DNA from: a virus
Reading direction: 5' to 3' (one strand)
DNA length: 64,000 nucleotides
IMG/VR virus record: IMGVR_UViG_3300047546_001881
Coordinates: 11,717 to 75,716 of that record
In this document: piece after piece, positions 25,352 to 35,737 of the stretch
Numbering within the stretch: position 1 is the first letter of the stretch
Layout of the letters: every line of letters starts with the position of its first letter
Program-made: the position numbers and the translations under genes
Notes under the pieces: model-generated
Databases searched by the model: none
What the model was told of the DNA's origin: nothing
The model's input: only the letters and a program-made list of their open reading frames with translations

Positions 25352-26337
25352 GGTATTGGTTTAAAACCCAATACTAGATAAAAGCCTGAACCATTCATTC
25401 CTACGTTATTAGATGCAAGTGTTATCTTCCAGGTATTATTTGTAAGATACTGCTTGGAAGATAATACTGCACTAAGAGGAATATTGGTAACGGTGTTAGC
25501 AGTTAAACTGTTCATATCAAAAGCTACAGGTAAGCTACTTACTCCAGCAGCTACATTTTGAATATCTAGCTGTAAGCTACCAACAGTATTTACTACATCA
25601 CAGTATATACCTGCAGAGACAAGTTCTGTTTTGAAAGGATACCAACCTATATATTCTATTGTAATTCCTGGTGCTTCTGGTAATTCTATTCTTTCAACAT
25701 TAACTGTCCAATTTTTAGTATCAGCCATTGTTGATACTAAAGTATCTAATGACTCTACAGATGGTAAATTAGATGCATTGCCTATAAAGATGTTACCTTT
25801 ATTAAGATTAGGTACATCATTAGTACGACCGGCGCCACCAATTTTGATAGAACCATTACTTGCATGAACCCTTTGTACTTTAGCTAAGTTTTGTACAAGA
25901 GAAGATTCACCAGCTGGCTTACTTGTCTGTAAGCCAGATGCACCTACATATAAACTATTATTTAAAGCCCATCCAGGAGTACTTGTATCAATATTATGTA
26001 GTGTTCCAAAAGTAACTACTTCTACATTGCTACCTAAACTAGCAGAGTTTCCGGCTACACCAAATGCAGGCATCTTAGCTGCGTTAGTACAATCAGCCTT
26101 ACTTACAACAGGTTTACTTCCACTTACACCTGAAATGTAAACTGGATCTCCAAGTACAAGTGCTTCACCTGCATTAGCATTAAAGACAATTCTTTGTGCT
26201 TCTTCAGAAGCAATTACTGTACCGAAACTAAAGTTACCTGCTCCATCTGTAAGCAGAACTTCATCTGCAGCACCATCTGTTATTCCTAAATCAGTTAAAG
26301 TTCTAGGTATAAACTTACCATTCTCAATAATACTCAT
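25348..26337 (-). CDS. Putative virion fibre/decoration protein inserted antisense between the dnaE halves
   Basis: VLLTDGAGNFSF, GDPVYISG...VSKAD...MPAFG, GNIFIGN motifs typical of phage fibre proteins; start moved to ATG 26337 (SD AAGGTG). Confidence 0.65.
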   Translation of the reverse strand: MSIIENGKFIPRTLTDLGITDGAADEVLLTDGAGNFSFGTVIASEEAQRIVFNANAGEALVLGDPVYISGVSGSKPVVSKADCTNAAKMPAFGVAGNSASLGSNVEVVTFGTLHNIDTSTPGWALNNSLYVGASGLQTSKPAGESSLVQNLAKVQRVHASNGSIKIGGAGRTNDVPNLNKGNIFIGNASNLPSVESLDTLVSTMADTKNWTVNVERIELPEAPGITIEYIGWYPFKTELVSAGIYCDVVNTVGSLQLDIQNVAAGVSSLPVAFDMNSLTANTVTNIPLSAVLSSKQYLTNNTWKITLASNNVGMNGSGFYLVLGFKPIP

Positions 26338-26358
26338 AACAACACCTTGGAATTTAAT

Positions 26359-28773
26359 ATGGAAGATATTAAAGCTTTCTATATACCTGAAAGATACAAA
26401 CAAGTAGATGTAGACTTTCTTGAATTTGAAGAAGATATGATATCTTCTAAAGATAAAAGCATTATACTATCATTACTTAACAAGAGTTCAACTGGATTAT
26501 CTAAAATGGATAATCCATATAATAGTATAATTTTATATCTTACTGGTCTTACAGATCAGTTCAATTTTGTTCAAGGAAGATCTGATACTATCGGAGGCAG
26601 CCCTCCAGATGTTGATATAGATTTCGATGCATTAGAAAGAGAGAAAGCAATAGAGTGGGTCGTGCAAAAATGGGGACGAACTCAAGTTGCTAACATTATC
26701 ACTCATGGTACTTTTAAGCCTAAGTCTTTAGTTAAGTCCTACTACAGAGTAACTGAAGGCTCTTCAAAAGATATGGGGGATCTTCTTAAAATGATCCCCC
26801 CAGCTAAGTTTGGTAAAGAATCTACAATTGAAGAGATTGTAACCAAAGAGCCAGAGTTTAAAAACTTCGAACCTTTTTATTCTTCTGCTACTAAGCTAGA
26901 AGATATGATTTCGAACTTTGGTATACATGCAGCAGGTATTGTCATCTCCGACTTCCCCATTTACGATGTAGTTCCTGTATGGAAGAATAGTAAAGCTGAT
27001 TTCATCACTCAGTTTGACAAGAAGGAAGTAGAAGATTTAGGTCTTATTAAGTTTGACTTCTTATCTATTGATACCTTGTCGATTATCAAAGAGTGCATAA
27101 GACTTATAAAAGAGAAAAGAAACCTTACAATTAATCCATGGCAGCTACCTGATGGAGATCCCAAAGCATATGCCGCTATGAATAGCGGCTACTTGACTGG
27201 ATTGTTTCAAGTAGAAACTTCAGGTAAAGCAAAAGATCTAATACAGAGAATCAAGCCTCAAAGCATTCCTCATATTAGTGATATCAGTGCACTGAATAGA
27301 CCTGGACCAGCTCAAGCTGGTCTTGATGAACAATACATTACTAATAAGAACAATAACTGTCCACCTGAAGAACTTCCGAAAGTTGTTGCTGACTTACTTA
27401 AAGATACTTATTGGACTCTTGTTTATCAAGAACAAGTTATGGAGATCTTTTCTAAGTTAGCTGGCTTTACAATGAAAGAGTCAGATGATATTCGAAGAGC
27501 AATGGGCAAGAAAGACAAAGATGTTCTATCTGCTTATGAAGAACAATTCATTCAAGGCTCTATTAAATTATCTGGACTAAAACAAGATTATGCTAAAACT
27601 CTTTGGGAAGAACTACTAGGTTTCGCAGACTATTGTTTTAATAAGAGTCATAGCGTAGCTTACTCAATAATCACTTATGCAACAGCATATTTGAAAGCGA
27701 ACTATTCTACTGAATTCTTTTGTGCGCTAATGACTGTTAGATCCCAATCTTTACAACCTAAAGATTGGGCTTGCAAAGCTCCAGAATACATTAATGAAGC
27801 AAAGTACTTTGACGTAGAAATAAATCCACCATCAGTTAATGGCTCTGACTTAGAGTTTTCAATGAAAGATGGAGAGATTTATTTTGGTCTTAATGCAATT
27901 AGAGATGTAGGTGGTACTGCCGCCAAATCTATTGTAAAGACAAGAGGCCGGACTCCTTATAAAGATATCTTCGATTTCTTATTTAGAGTTAACGGAAACA
28001 AAGTAACAATTAAAACTTTTGTTAGCTTAATTAAATCTGGCGCTTTTGACAAAATGGGTTACATTAGAAGTGAACTCGTACTAAAGTCTCAATTACTTTA
28101 TGATTACGTTAGAGATATACAAGAATATAATCTTAGATTAACTGAAATAAAAGAACGAGATGCTTATAACGAACAAGCAAATGCATTGATTGAAAAAAGA
28201 GATAATCTAAGAAAAGAAGTAAAAGCAATAGAAAAGGAAATCAAGAAGTCTGGTACTACAGTTGCTTTGTCTGCAAGGTTTGAAGAAGCATCTTCTCAAT
28301 TGACAGAAATAGAAGAGATGCAAATTAAAAGACTTCCAGCTCTTAAGATAAAAGAAGAACCAGTTAAACCAGAACTAGTTAGAACTAAAAGTGTTCCTTT
28401 AGATTTGTCACAAATAATGGAGCAAGCTCATTATATTGGCTGTTATATTGGATCACATCCAGCAGCTATGATAGGCTCCGGTTATGACAAGATAGAAGAT
28501 TGTTATATTGGTCAAAGGCCAAGTCTTTGCGGTATTGTAAATAGCATTAAAGTAATCTCTACCAAGTCAGGACAGAAGATGGCCTTCTTGGAAATAGACG
28601 ATTCTACTGCAACTGCTGAACTTACAATATTTGCAAGTCTCTGGACTAAACTATCTGCCTTGAATATTGTTCCTGGATGTTTGATTTCTGATATTGAGTG
28701 CAAGGTGGAAAACGAAGACCCAATAAAACTTGTAGCTTTCAATTTAAAATTAGTTAGGAGCCCTAATGAGTAA
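26359..28773 (+). CDS. dnaE: DNA polymerase III alpha (DnaE), C-terminal part (catalytic palm, fingers, HhH, OB)
   Basis: PDVDIDFD, GIHAAG, KFDFL, YQEQVM, FNKSHS, FGLNAIRDVG, MAFLEIDD. Confidence 0.95.
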   Translation: MEDIKAFYIPERYKQVDVDFLEFEEDMISSKDKSIILSLLNKSSTGLSKMDNPYNSIILYLTGLTDQFNFVQGRSDTIGGSPPDVDIDFDALEREKAIEWVVQKWGRTQVANIITHGTFKPKSLVKSYYRVTEGSSKDMGDLLKMIPPAKFGKESTIEEIVTKEPEFKNFEPFYSSATKLEDMISNFGIHAAGIVISDFPIYDVVPVWKNSKADFITQFDKKEVEDLGLIKFDFLSIDTLSIIKECIRLIKEKRNLTINPWQLPDGDPKAYAAMNSGYLTGLFQVETSGKAKDLIQRIKPQSIPHISDISALNRPGPAQAGLDEQYITNKNNNCPPEELPKVVADLLKDTYWTLVYQEQVMEIFSKLAGFTMKESDDIRRAMGKKDKDVLSAYEEQFIQGSIKLSGLKQDYAKTLWEELLGFADYCFNKSHSVAYSIITYATAYLKANYSTEFFCALMTVRSQSLQPKDWACKAPEYINEAKYFDVEINPPSVNGSDLEFSMKDGEIYFGLNAIRDVGGTAAKSIVKTRGRTPYKDIFDFLFRVNGNKVTIKTFVSLIKSGAFDKMGYIRSELVLKSQLLYDYVRDIQEYNLRLTEIKERDAYNEQANALIEKRDNLRKEVKAIEKEIKKSGTTVALSARFEEASSQLTEIEEMQIKRLPALKIKEEPVKPELVRTKSVPLDLSQIMEQAHYIGCYIGSHPAAMIGSGYDKIEDCYIGQRPSLCGIVNSIKVISTKSGQKMAFLEIDDSTATAELTIFASLWTKLSALNIVPGCLISDIECKVENEDPIKLVAFNLKLVRSPNE

Positions 28774-29842
28774 ATGGTCCCCAGAAGAAGAACATTTATT
28801 ACGTCTTCTTATTAAAACAAATGACTATGATGAAATAGCAGAAGAGTTTGACAGAAGACATGCAAGGAGCCTACCAGGTCATCTAGTCAAAAGATCTACA
28901 GAAGCTATAAGAAAGAAATGTAATCGAGATTCAATTACATCAGTAACTGAATATGCTGATCCATATGCATCAAGATGGGAGCAAATAAAGTTAATGCAGA
29001 AAGAGTATCTTATGGACTCTGAAGCTTTAACTACTGGTATCGTAGAGAATCCAAGCAGAAAGATACTTTGCTTAAGTGATATTCACTTTCCATTTGCTTT
29101 AACAGATGAAATAGATAAAGCCATTAAGTTACATAAAGATGCAGATATCGTTGTTTTGAATGGAGACATTCTTGACGGTTATATCTTCTCTACTTATTCG
29201 AAAGCTAAACGAATTGCAGCTCTTAAAGAGTACATGGCAGCCTTTGAGTTAGTTAAAAGACTCTCAGAGTCTTTTAATCTTGTTATCATCGTAAGAGGTA
29301 ACCATGACGATAGACCTGCTAGAACTTTAGCTAAGAAAGAGTTTGAGACAGAAGCCACTCAAGTACTTCGTCCAGACTTACTTGCCAGAATAGCTAATGG
29401 AGAAGCTTTAGATGAATCAGGAGATCTAATAGCAAAGTTAAATTTTGATAACGTTGTTTATCAAAAGTATGACTCTTGGTATGTGAGGGTAGGTAAAACT
29501 ATCTTTGCTCATCCAGATGCTTACTATGGCGGTTGGCCCGGCCAAACCGCCGTTAAGCTTTGTGATTACTTCTCTAAGAGAATGGGTAGTGATGCTTTTG
29601 ATTCAATAGTAGTAGGCCATACACATCGCTCTTATAAGGGTGTTGTTATGAACAAACTTCTAATAGAACAAGGAGCAATGGCTTCTCGTATGCCTTATCA
29701 GCATAGAGCAGACTTACAGTTTCCTCATGCAATGAATGGCTATGCAGTGATATATCAAGATGAAGAAGGTAATACAGACTTCAACAAGAGTGTAGCTGTA
29801 TTTCTTGGCAGTCAACTTCCACCTAAAAAGGCAATACTATGA
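28766..29842 (+). CDS. Calcineurin-like metallophosphoesterase with an N-terminal Myb/SANT-like helix
   Basis: SDIH, NGDILD, GNHD, GHTH; N-terminus KWSPEEE. Confidence 0.85.
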   Translation: MSKWSPEEEHLLRLLIKTNDYDEIAEEFDRRHARSLPGHLVKRSTEAIRKKCNRDSITSVTEYADPYASRWEQIKLMQKEYLMDSEALTTGIVENPSRKILCLSDIHFPFALTDEIDKAIKLHKDADIVVLNGDILDGYIFSTYSKAKRIAALKEYMAAFELVKRLSESFNLVIIVRGNHDDRPARTLAKKEFETEATQVLRPDLLARIANGEALDESGDLIAKLNFDNVVYQKYDSWYVRVGKTIFAHPDAYYGGWPGQTAVKLCDYFSKRMGSDAFDSIVVGHTHRSYKGVVMNKLLIEQGAMASRMPYQHRADLQFPHAMNGYAVIYQDEEGNTDFNKSVAVFLGSQLPPKKAIL

Positions 29843-30126
29843 CTACTAAACTAAATGATAAAGAACTAATCGAGACTCTTCGAAACATATCAATGAAAGC
29901 TGACTTTGCTAATAGTCAAATTCTACATCTTGGCTTAATTGTAGAATACTATGCAGAAGTATTGACTGCTGCTGGAATAGACTTACAGTTAGATAAGTAT
30001 GAAGAGTGGGCTAAGAATAGATACGAAGAGATTAAACAGTTTAGTAAAACTGAATTAGGTACAGAGCTAGCCCAAGAGTTTAAAGAGCAGCTCTCTAAAA
30101 TATCTGAAATTGATTTAATGGAGTAA
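29839..30126 (+). CDS. Hypothetical protein
   Basis: ATGA overlap. Confidence 0.6.
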   Translation: MTTKLNDKELIETLRNISMKADFANSQILHLGLIVEYYAEVLTAAGIDLQLDKYEEWAKNRYEEIKQFSKTELGTELAQEFKEQLSKISEIDLME

Positions 30127-30129
30127 ATT

Positions 30130-31155
30130 TTGGCTTGGTCTTTTATCACTCATGTCACCGAACACTTAGCTAAACCTAAACTTGGAGAACAAAAGGAACC
30201 AACGCAGTGGCCTTCAGAAGCCACTGCAATAATTAAAAATGAGCACGGTGAAGAAGAAGTAGTTGGCAAATGTAGAAGACAAGCATTCTTCAGATTGGTA
30301 TTAGACTGGTACAATTACGATAATGAAAAGTATGGTTTCTATGCACCTTTGGTAGAAACCATACATAGGTTCTCTACTCCTACTGACCCGTATCTAAGAT
30401 GGATATGGAAAGCAGGCGAGCTTTACGAAGAGATGCAGATTGATCTTGCTAAAAGGTCAGGAGTTTATATTGCAGATCAAGTAGCAATATACATTCCAAG
30501 TCATAGTGTCTCTGGAAAGATTGACCTTGTGACGGTCAATCCTTTCACTTCTAAGCTCAAGGCAGTTGAGTTCAAGTCAGTATATGGCTTCAATGCTAAC
30601 GCAGTTCTAGGCACTCCAGGAGACCGCAAAAACGGCTCTTTGGGCACACCTAAAGAAAGCCATTTGATGCAGATTGGTATTTACGATTATTGGTATGCTT
30701 CCAAAGATGATAGATTCGAAGCTTCATCTTTAGTGTATGGTGCAAGAGATACTGGTCGTTACGCAGAATACGAGATTACAACTCCACTATGTGAAGATGG
30801 TTTACACCATATTGCTTATAGTGGAATCTCTCCTACTACGACTTCTACTACAATTACAGACATTACAATAGAAAATGTATTAGAAAACTATAAGTATGTC
30901 TCTGATTGTTTAAATGGTGGAATCGTTCCAAAGAGAGACTTTGAAGCTAACTACTCTGACGAGAAAATAGAAGCTCTCTATCAAAGAGGAGAGCTTGGCA
31001 AAATGGATGCTGCTCAACACGAGAAGAGAAAAGCTCAACTCGAAGAAGGCAAAACCAGAGTTGTTAAAAGAGTAGAAAAGGGAGACTGGCAATGTCGCTT
31101 CTGCAACTTTAAGGATATTTGTTACGACTCAGAATTAAATCCAAAGGAGATCTAA
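30130..31155 (+). CDS. Cas4-like PD-(D/E)xK exonuclease
   Basis: Upstream Cys (GKCRRQ), SGKID...VEFKS, QIGIY, C-terminal CRFCNFKDIC; TTG start with SD GGAG. Confidence 0.8.
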   Translation: MAWSFITHVTEHLAKPKLGEQKEPTQWPSEATAIIKNEHGEEEVVGKCRRQAFFRLVLDWYNYDNEKYGFYAPLVETIHRFSTPTDPYLRWIWKAGELYEEMQIDLAKRSGVYIADQVAIYIPSHSVSGKIDLVTVNPFTSKLKAVEFKSVYGFNANAVLGTPGDRKNGSLGTPKESHLMQIGIYDYWYASKDDRFEASSLVYGARDTGRYAEYEITTPLCEDGLHHIAYSGISPTTTSTTITDITIENVLENYKYVSDCLNGGIVPKRDFEANYSDEKIEALYQRGELGKMDAAQHEKRKAQLEEGKTRVVKRVEKGDWQCRFCNFKDICYDSELNPKEI

Positions 31156-31409
31156 TGCCTGACAGCTACTTCTTTGTAAAAGTCTGGATTAATAAGAATC
31201 TTAATGTATTAGGCCCTTACATTCGTATTAAAGATGCAGCAGATATATTGGTTGATCATATAGAAACATTAGTAGTTTCTAAATCAAATCATAGAAGCAT
31301 AACTTACAAAGCAGAAATTCACGAAAGTATCTTAACTGATTCTGGTTGGGAAACAATTAATGTTCCAATCATGGAGAACGAATGTTATTTGAAAACCAAA
31401 AGACCTTAA
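31155..31409 (+). CDS. Hypothetical protein
   Basis: SD AAGGAG, TAATG coupling. Confidence 0.6.
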   Translation: MPDSYFFVKVWINKNLNVLGPYIRIKDAADILVDHIETLVVSKSNHRSITYKAEIHESILTDSGWETINVPIMENECYLKTKRP

Positions 31410-32446
31410 CAATTAGGTCTAAGAATGATCAGCTGTTTTCAGATTATTTAACCACTAACGACGTAACTTTATATCCTGGTACTGGGGTACTAAATTCACG
31501 TTCAAAAGCAATTGTAGATCCATTTATATTCTCTGCTCCTATGGATACTGTTACTGGTTTAGCCTTAACAAAAGAAATGGTAAGATTAAATCAGTTTCCA
31601 GTAGTTTGTAGATTTACTCAAAGCTGGGAAGATACTTTTGCTTGGTGGATAGGAAATGGTTGTCCATCAAATGTTTGGTTTGCTATAGGCTTAAATGATT
31701 CTAAGCATTTAGATATTTTAGAAAAGAATGCTAGCTTAATTAATAAGATAAATCTCTGTGTAGATGTTGCTCATGGAGATAGCTTATATGTTTATGACTA
31801 CATCAAGAAGCTAAGATCCCTTAGCTATGTTGATGGAATCATGTCAGGTAGCATATGCACTCCACAAGGAGCTCTTGCTAGCTTGTATAGCGGCTGCACT
31901 CATCTTCGTATTGGTGTAGGACCTGGAGCTGCTTGTACTACAAGACTAATGACAGGGTTTGGATTGCCAAATCTAACTGCAGTGTATTCAATTAATAGTG
32001 CACTTGAAGAAGTAGGTATGAGACAAGATGCTATCCTGATAGCTGATGGTGGTATTAAAAATCCTGGAGATGCAGTTAAATACATTGCCGCTGGTGCTAA
32101 TGCGGTTATGTTGGGTAATGAATTCAGCACAACTCATGAGTCTGATGGCTGGGAGCTTGATCCTAAGTTTGATAAGTTATTTAAAAACTATAGAGGTCAA
32201 GCTTCTGCCAGCTTTCAGAAAAGTATTCTTGGTAAGACATCTTCTTGCCCCGAAGGGGCAACAGGACCTCTAATTAAACCTACATGTTCAGTTGAAGATG
32301 TAGTCTGTAAATACATTGGAGGCATGCAGTCTGCAATTAGTTATGCTGGATATACTTCTATGAGAGAGATGAATCCTTACAATGTTATCTTTAAAAGAAT
32401 TACTGCATCAGGCTGGATTGAAGGAACGCCTCACGGAACTAAGTAA
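31382..32446 (+). CDS. IMP dehydrogenase/GMP reductase family (no CBS domains)
   Basis: SAPMDTVT, VDVAHG, GVGPGAACTTR, ADGGI, YRGQAS, PEG. Confidence 0.9.
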   Translation: MLFENQKTLTIRSKNDQLFSDYLTTNDVTLYPGTGVLNSRSKAIVDPFIFSAPMDTVTGLALTKEMVRLNQFPVVCRFTQSWEDTFAWWIGNGCPSNVWFAIGLNDSKHLDILEKNASLINKINLCVDVAHGDSLYVYDYIKKLRSLSYVDGIMSGSICTPQGALASLYSGCTHLRIGVGPGAACTTRLMTGFGLPNLTAVYSINSALEEVGMRQDAILIADGGIKNPGDAVKYIAAGANAVMLGNEFSTTHESDGWELDPKFDKLFKNYRGQASASFQKSILGKTSSCPEGATGPLIKPTCSVEDVVCKYIGGMQSAISYAGYTSMREMNPYNVIFKRITASGWIEGTPHGTK

Positions 32447-33245
32447 AGATAAAATCTTTTGTTTGGGTGACCCAATCATTGATTGTTACTCTGTAAAAGA
32501 TAGCAGTGATATCAAGATATTTCCCGGAGGTGCTTTAAATGTTTTTGCAAACATTACAAGTATCTCTGGGAATGCTTATTATCTAGATCCTGTTTTAGAT
32601 TTACTTGTAAACAGTTCTGAACTAGAACTGTTCTTTACTAATTTAGTTTCTGGAAGAACTGATTATGGTAAGTATTCAAAATCTTTGTTTCTACCAAGCA
32701 ACACTTTAATTAAAATAAATTCAAAGTATAACAATTACCTTCCAGTAGATACTTATTTACTGGAAGATTTAAAAATAAAAACTCTAGTTCTTTCAGATTA
32801 TTGTCGTGGTTCACTTTTAAGTTGTAGTAATTCGTTAACAGCAGATGTTGTTATTGTAGATAGTAAAAAGAGAAGTTTAGACTTAGATATAATAGGTTCT
32901 GGTATTAAGATATGGCACGCTACAGGTAAAGAATATACTGATTTCTGGGCTAAGAACTTTCATTATGTTTTTCATACTAATGGTTCAGAACCAGTTAAGA
33001 TAATAAATGTTAAAGATAAAACAGTAATATTTACTCTTCCTGTTCCACAAACAAAAATAATTTCTACTTGTGGTGCAGGAGACACTTTTGTAGCAGCAAT
33101 TAGTGCTTACATTCATAAGCACTTTAATTCTAGTGAAGACAATTTCGAGTCTCTACTAAGAGAAGCAGGACTCTTTGCAATAGAGTGCTGCCAAGATGTT
33201 ATATCACAGCCGTATACATCTATAACTAAACATACATTAGGGTAA
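32382..33245 (+). CDS. PfkB-family sugar kinase, HldA/RfaE domain I-like
   Basis: GDPIIDCY, PGGALNVFANI, LSDYCRG, CGAGDTF; start uncertain. Confidence 0.75.
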   Translation: MLSLKELLHQAGLKERLTELSKDKIFCLGDPIIDCYSVKDSSDIKIFPGGALNVFANITSISGNAYYLDPVLDLLVNSSELELFFTNLVSGRTDYGKYSKSLFLPSNTLIKINSKYNNYLPVDTYLLEDLKIKTLVLSDYCRGSLLSCSNSLTADVVIVDSKKRSLDLDIIGSGIKIWHATGKEYTDFWAKNFHYVFHTNGSEPVKIINVKDKTVIFTLPVPQTKIISTCGAGDTFVAAISAYIHKHFNSSEDNFESLLREAGLFAIECCQDVISQPYTSITKHTLG

Positions 33246-33247
33246 AA

Positions 33248-35737
33248 ATGTACATTACTAATCTAGAAGAAACAATCTCTGTTTTACGCTCCAAACTCAG
33301 AGATTATCTTGTTATAAAGAAAGGTGTCCGTTCTAATGCAAAGAAGATGCAATGCTTTGTTCATCACGATAGTGATCCAAGTATGCACTTCAATCCTAAA
33401 ACTAATGAAGAGACAATCAAGTGCTTTTCCTGTGGATGGCACGGAGATATCTTTGCAGCAGCTGCAGTCATTGAAGGGCTTCCTTCTAATGGTGGTGACT
33501 GGCTACAAGTTACTGTACCTTCATTATGTGAAACGCTTGGAATTAGCGTTTCACTTGGAGAACCTTCTCCTGCTGATAGAGAGAAGATTAAATTAAAAAG
33601 ACTCTTGCAAGATACTAAAGATATTCTCTCTGTTGAATCCCAGACCAATCCTTATGTTTCTCAAAGAAATTGGCAGCAAGATTTACTCCCTGCCTATTCT
33701 ATAGATGAAGATGTACTAATTTCTAAATTAGTACAGAAAGGTTGGACTGCAGAAGAGGTAACTCTTTCTGGAGCAATTAAAACAAGATATATTTCTTTGT
33801 TCTCAGAACAAGCAATTACTTTTATTATCAATGACCCGTATGGTCATCCAATAGGTTTTGTTTCTAGACCAATAAATCCTAATGGTAAAGCAAAATATAT
33901 TAACTCTCCAGAGTCTTCTCTTTATACTAAAGGAGAAACTTTACTTGGTCTTGATACAGCAATTAAAGCTGGTGAAGCCAAGACAAATGGTTTGTATATT
34001 GTAGAAGGTCCAGGAGACCTAGCTCAGCTTTACAGAACAGGTGTAAAAAATGCTGCTGCTGTTTGCGGCACAGCATTAACAGAAAAGCATATTGTTATTC
34101 TTAAATCTCTTGGTATAAGAAAAATATTCTTGTGCTTGGACTGGGATAATCCAGGTATCTTAGCAACGCAAAGAATACTTGAAACAGTCATAGGTGCTAC
34201 TAGTGGTGTATCTGTAAGTGTTGTTGGTAAGCCAGATAACTCTACAGCAACTGATCCAGATGAGTTCTTAAAGAATGTAGAAGATAAAAATGATAGACCT
34301 TTCTTAGAGCTAGAAAGAAAAACTGCTTTTGAATGGCAGCTATCTCAGACATCAGAAAATGATTCGCCAGATGTTATCTGTCAACGAATGATTCCAAGTA
34401 TTGCTGCCGAAGAAGCAGCAATACGCAGAGAAATTCTTATCAATGCTTTGCAAGAGCATACAGGTATTAGTCGGCAAGCAATCTTAACTGATGTTAATGC
34501 ACTAAGAGATGATTCATTTAATAAGCGTAAAGAGCAACTAACTTCAGCTGCAGAGCTGTATCTACAGTCAGTCAGAGAAGATCCAGAAAATATCCAAGCT
34601 CACGTATCTGCTCACGAAGCTAAGATTCATAATATCGAGAAAGAGTTTAGAAAGCATAGCGTAGGTATCAACTACCAGCTTTCTAGATATGAAGCTACAC
34701 AAGAAAGACGCATGATCTCAGATCATGACGTTAACATGAGTACCTTCAACATGAATCATCATAGAGACTTTGCAGAAGCAATGAGCGGAGGTATGCCCTG
34801 GACAACTGGTTGCTTGATGTATGTTGGCGGTAGAGCTAACTCAGGCAAGACAGCAACTGTTCTTTCTATGGGTTGCGATGTAGCTTTGTCTGATGAAAAT
34901 GCAATTGTAATTATTCATGCAACAGATGACAGTTATGAGCAAATTGAGCCAAGACTAAAGACCAATATCTTTGGAATGATTTCTCAAAGAAACGAGAAGC
35001 TTACTATTGGTATGGTTGTTCAGCCTCACTCTCAGTTACCTCAAAACTCTGAAGTATATCAGTCAATGTATGACGAAGCTGACACTCTAATGAAAGAGTT
35101 AATAACTAGCGAACGACTAGTTATTATTGATTCAGAAGATGGCAATACTTTATCTGTTCTTGAGAAGAATGTCAGATACTACAGACAAAGATATCCAGGC
35201 AAGAAGCTACTCCTTATTTGTGACAACACTCACAACTATATGGATTATATTAATATGGATCAGTCAACACGAATGACTTTTATTAGTAATCAGCAAAAGC
35301 TGATTACTGTAAAGTATCAGTGTTGTATGATTGCTACTGCAGAATACAGAAAGAATATGCCAATGGATCAGAGCAAAATGCGTCTACCTGTAGACGATGA
35401 TCTTGCTGATGCAAGAGCATTGATGTACAGACCAAACGTTATCTTTCATGTATACAACGACATACATGATAGAAAAGAATTTGCTGAAATCTTCTGGAGA
35501 GATCAAGCAGGTAGAATAATGCCAAGACTTATGCTACATTTTACTAAGAACAAGATATCTGGCTTTAAAGATAAGCTTATTCTTGATCTAGATCCTCAGA
35601 CTGTTTCTTTGACTCCAAAGAAATCTTTTGATGCTCTAAGAGAAGCAGAGTCATATATTGACATGAAAGAATCTGGTACTGCTAAGATACAAGGACACAA
35701 TATTGTGTACTTAGAGGCTAATGAATATGAAGAATGA
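33248..35737 (+). CDS. Fused DnaG-type primase and DnaB-like helicase
   Basis: CHC2 finger CFVH...CFSC, KYINSPES, TOPRIM VEGPGD/DWD, helicase Walker A GGRANSGKT, KNK. Confidence 0.9.
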   Translation: MYITNLEETISVLRSKLRDYLVIKKGVRSNAKKMQCFVHHDSDPSMHFNPKTNEETIKCFSCGWHGDIFAAAAVIEGLPSNGGDWLQVTVPSLCETLGISVSLGEPSPADREKIKLKRLLQDTKDILSVESQTNPYVSQRNWQQDLLPAYSIDEDVLISKLVQKGWTAEEVTLSGAIKTRYISLFSEQAITFIINDPYGHPIGFVSRPINPNGKAKYINSPESSLYTKGETLLGLDTAIKAGEAKTNGLYIVEGPGDLAQLYRTGVKNAAAVCGTALTEKHIVILKSLGIRKIFLCLDWDNPGILATQRILETVIGATSGVSVSVVGKPDNSTATDPDEFLKNVEDKNDRPFLELERKTAFEWQLSQTSENDSPDVICQRMIPSIAAEEAAIRREILINALQEHTGISRQAILTDVNALRDDSFNKRKEQLTSAAELYLQSVREDPENIQAHVSAHEAKIHNIEKEFRKHSVGINYQLSRYEATQERRMISDHDVNMSTFNMNHHRDFAEAMSGGMPWTTGCLMYVGGRANSGKTATVLSMGCDVALSDENAIVIIHATDDSYEQIEPRLKTNIFGMISQRNEKLTIGMVVQPHSQLPQNSEVYQSMYDEADTLMKELITSERLVIIDSEDGNTLSVLEKNVRYYRQRYPGKKLLLICDNTHNYMDYINMDQSTRMTFISNQQKLITVKYQCCMIATAEYRKNMPMDQSKMRLPVDDDLADARALMYRPNVIFHVYNDIHDRKEFAEIFWRDQAGRIMPRLMLHFTKNKISGFKDKLILDLDPQTVSLTPKKSFDALREAESYIDMKESGTAKIQGHNIVYLEANEYEE

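Noticed and set aside
25261-26600. Split intein, self-splicing intron or T4 gene 60-type ribosomal bypass in dnaE
   Set aside because: No intein terminal residues, no homing endonuclease or RT, no non-coding space for intron structure, and no stop codon directly after the matching GGA
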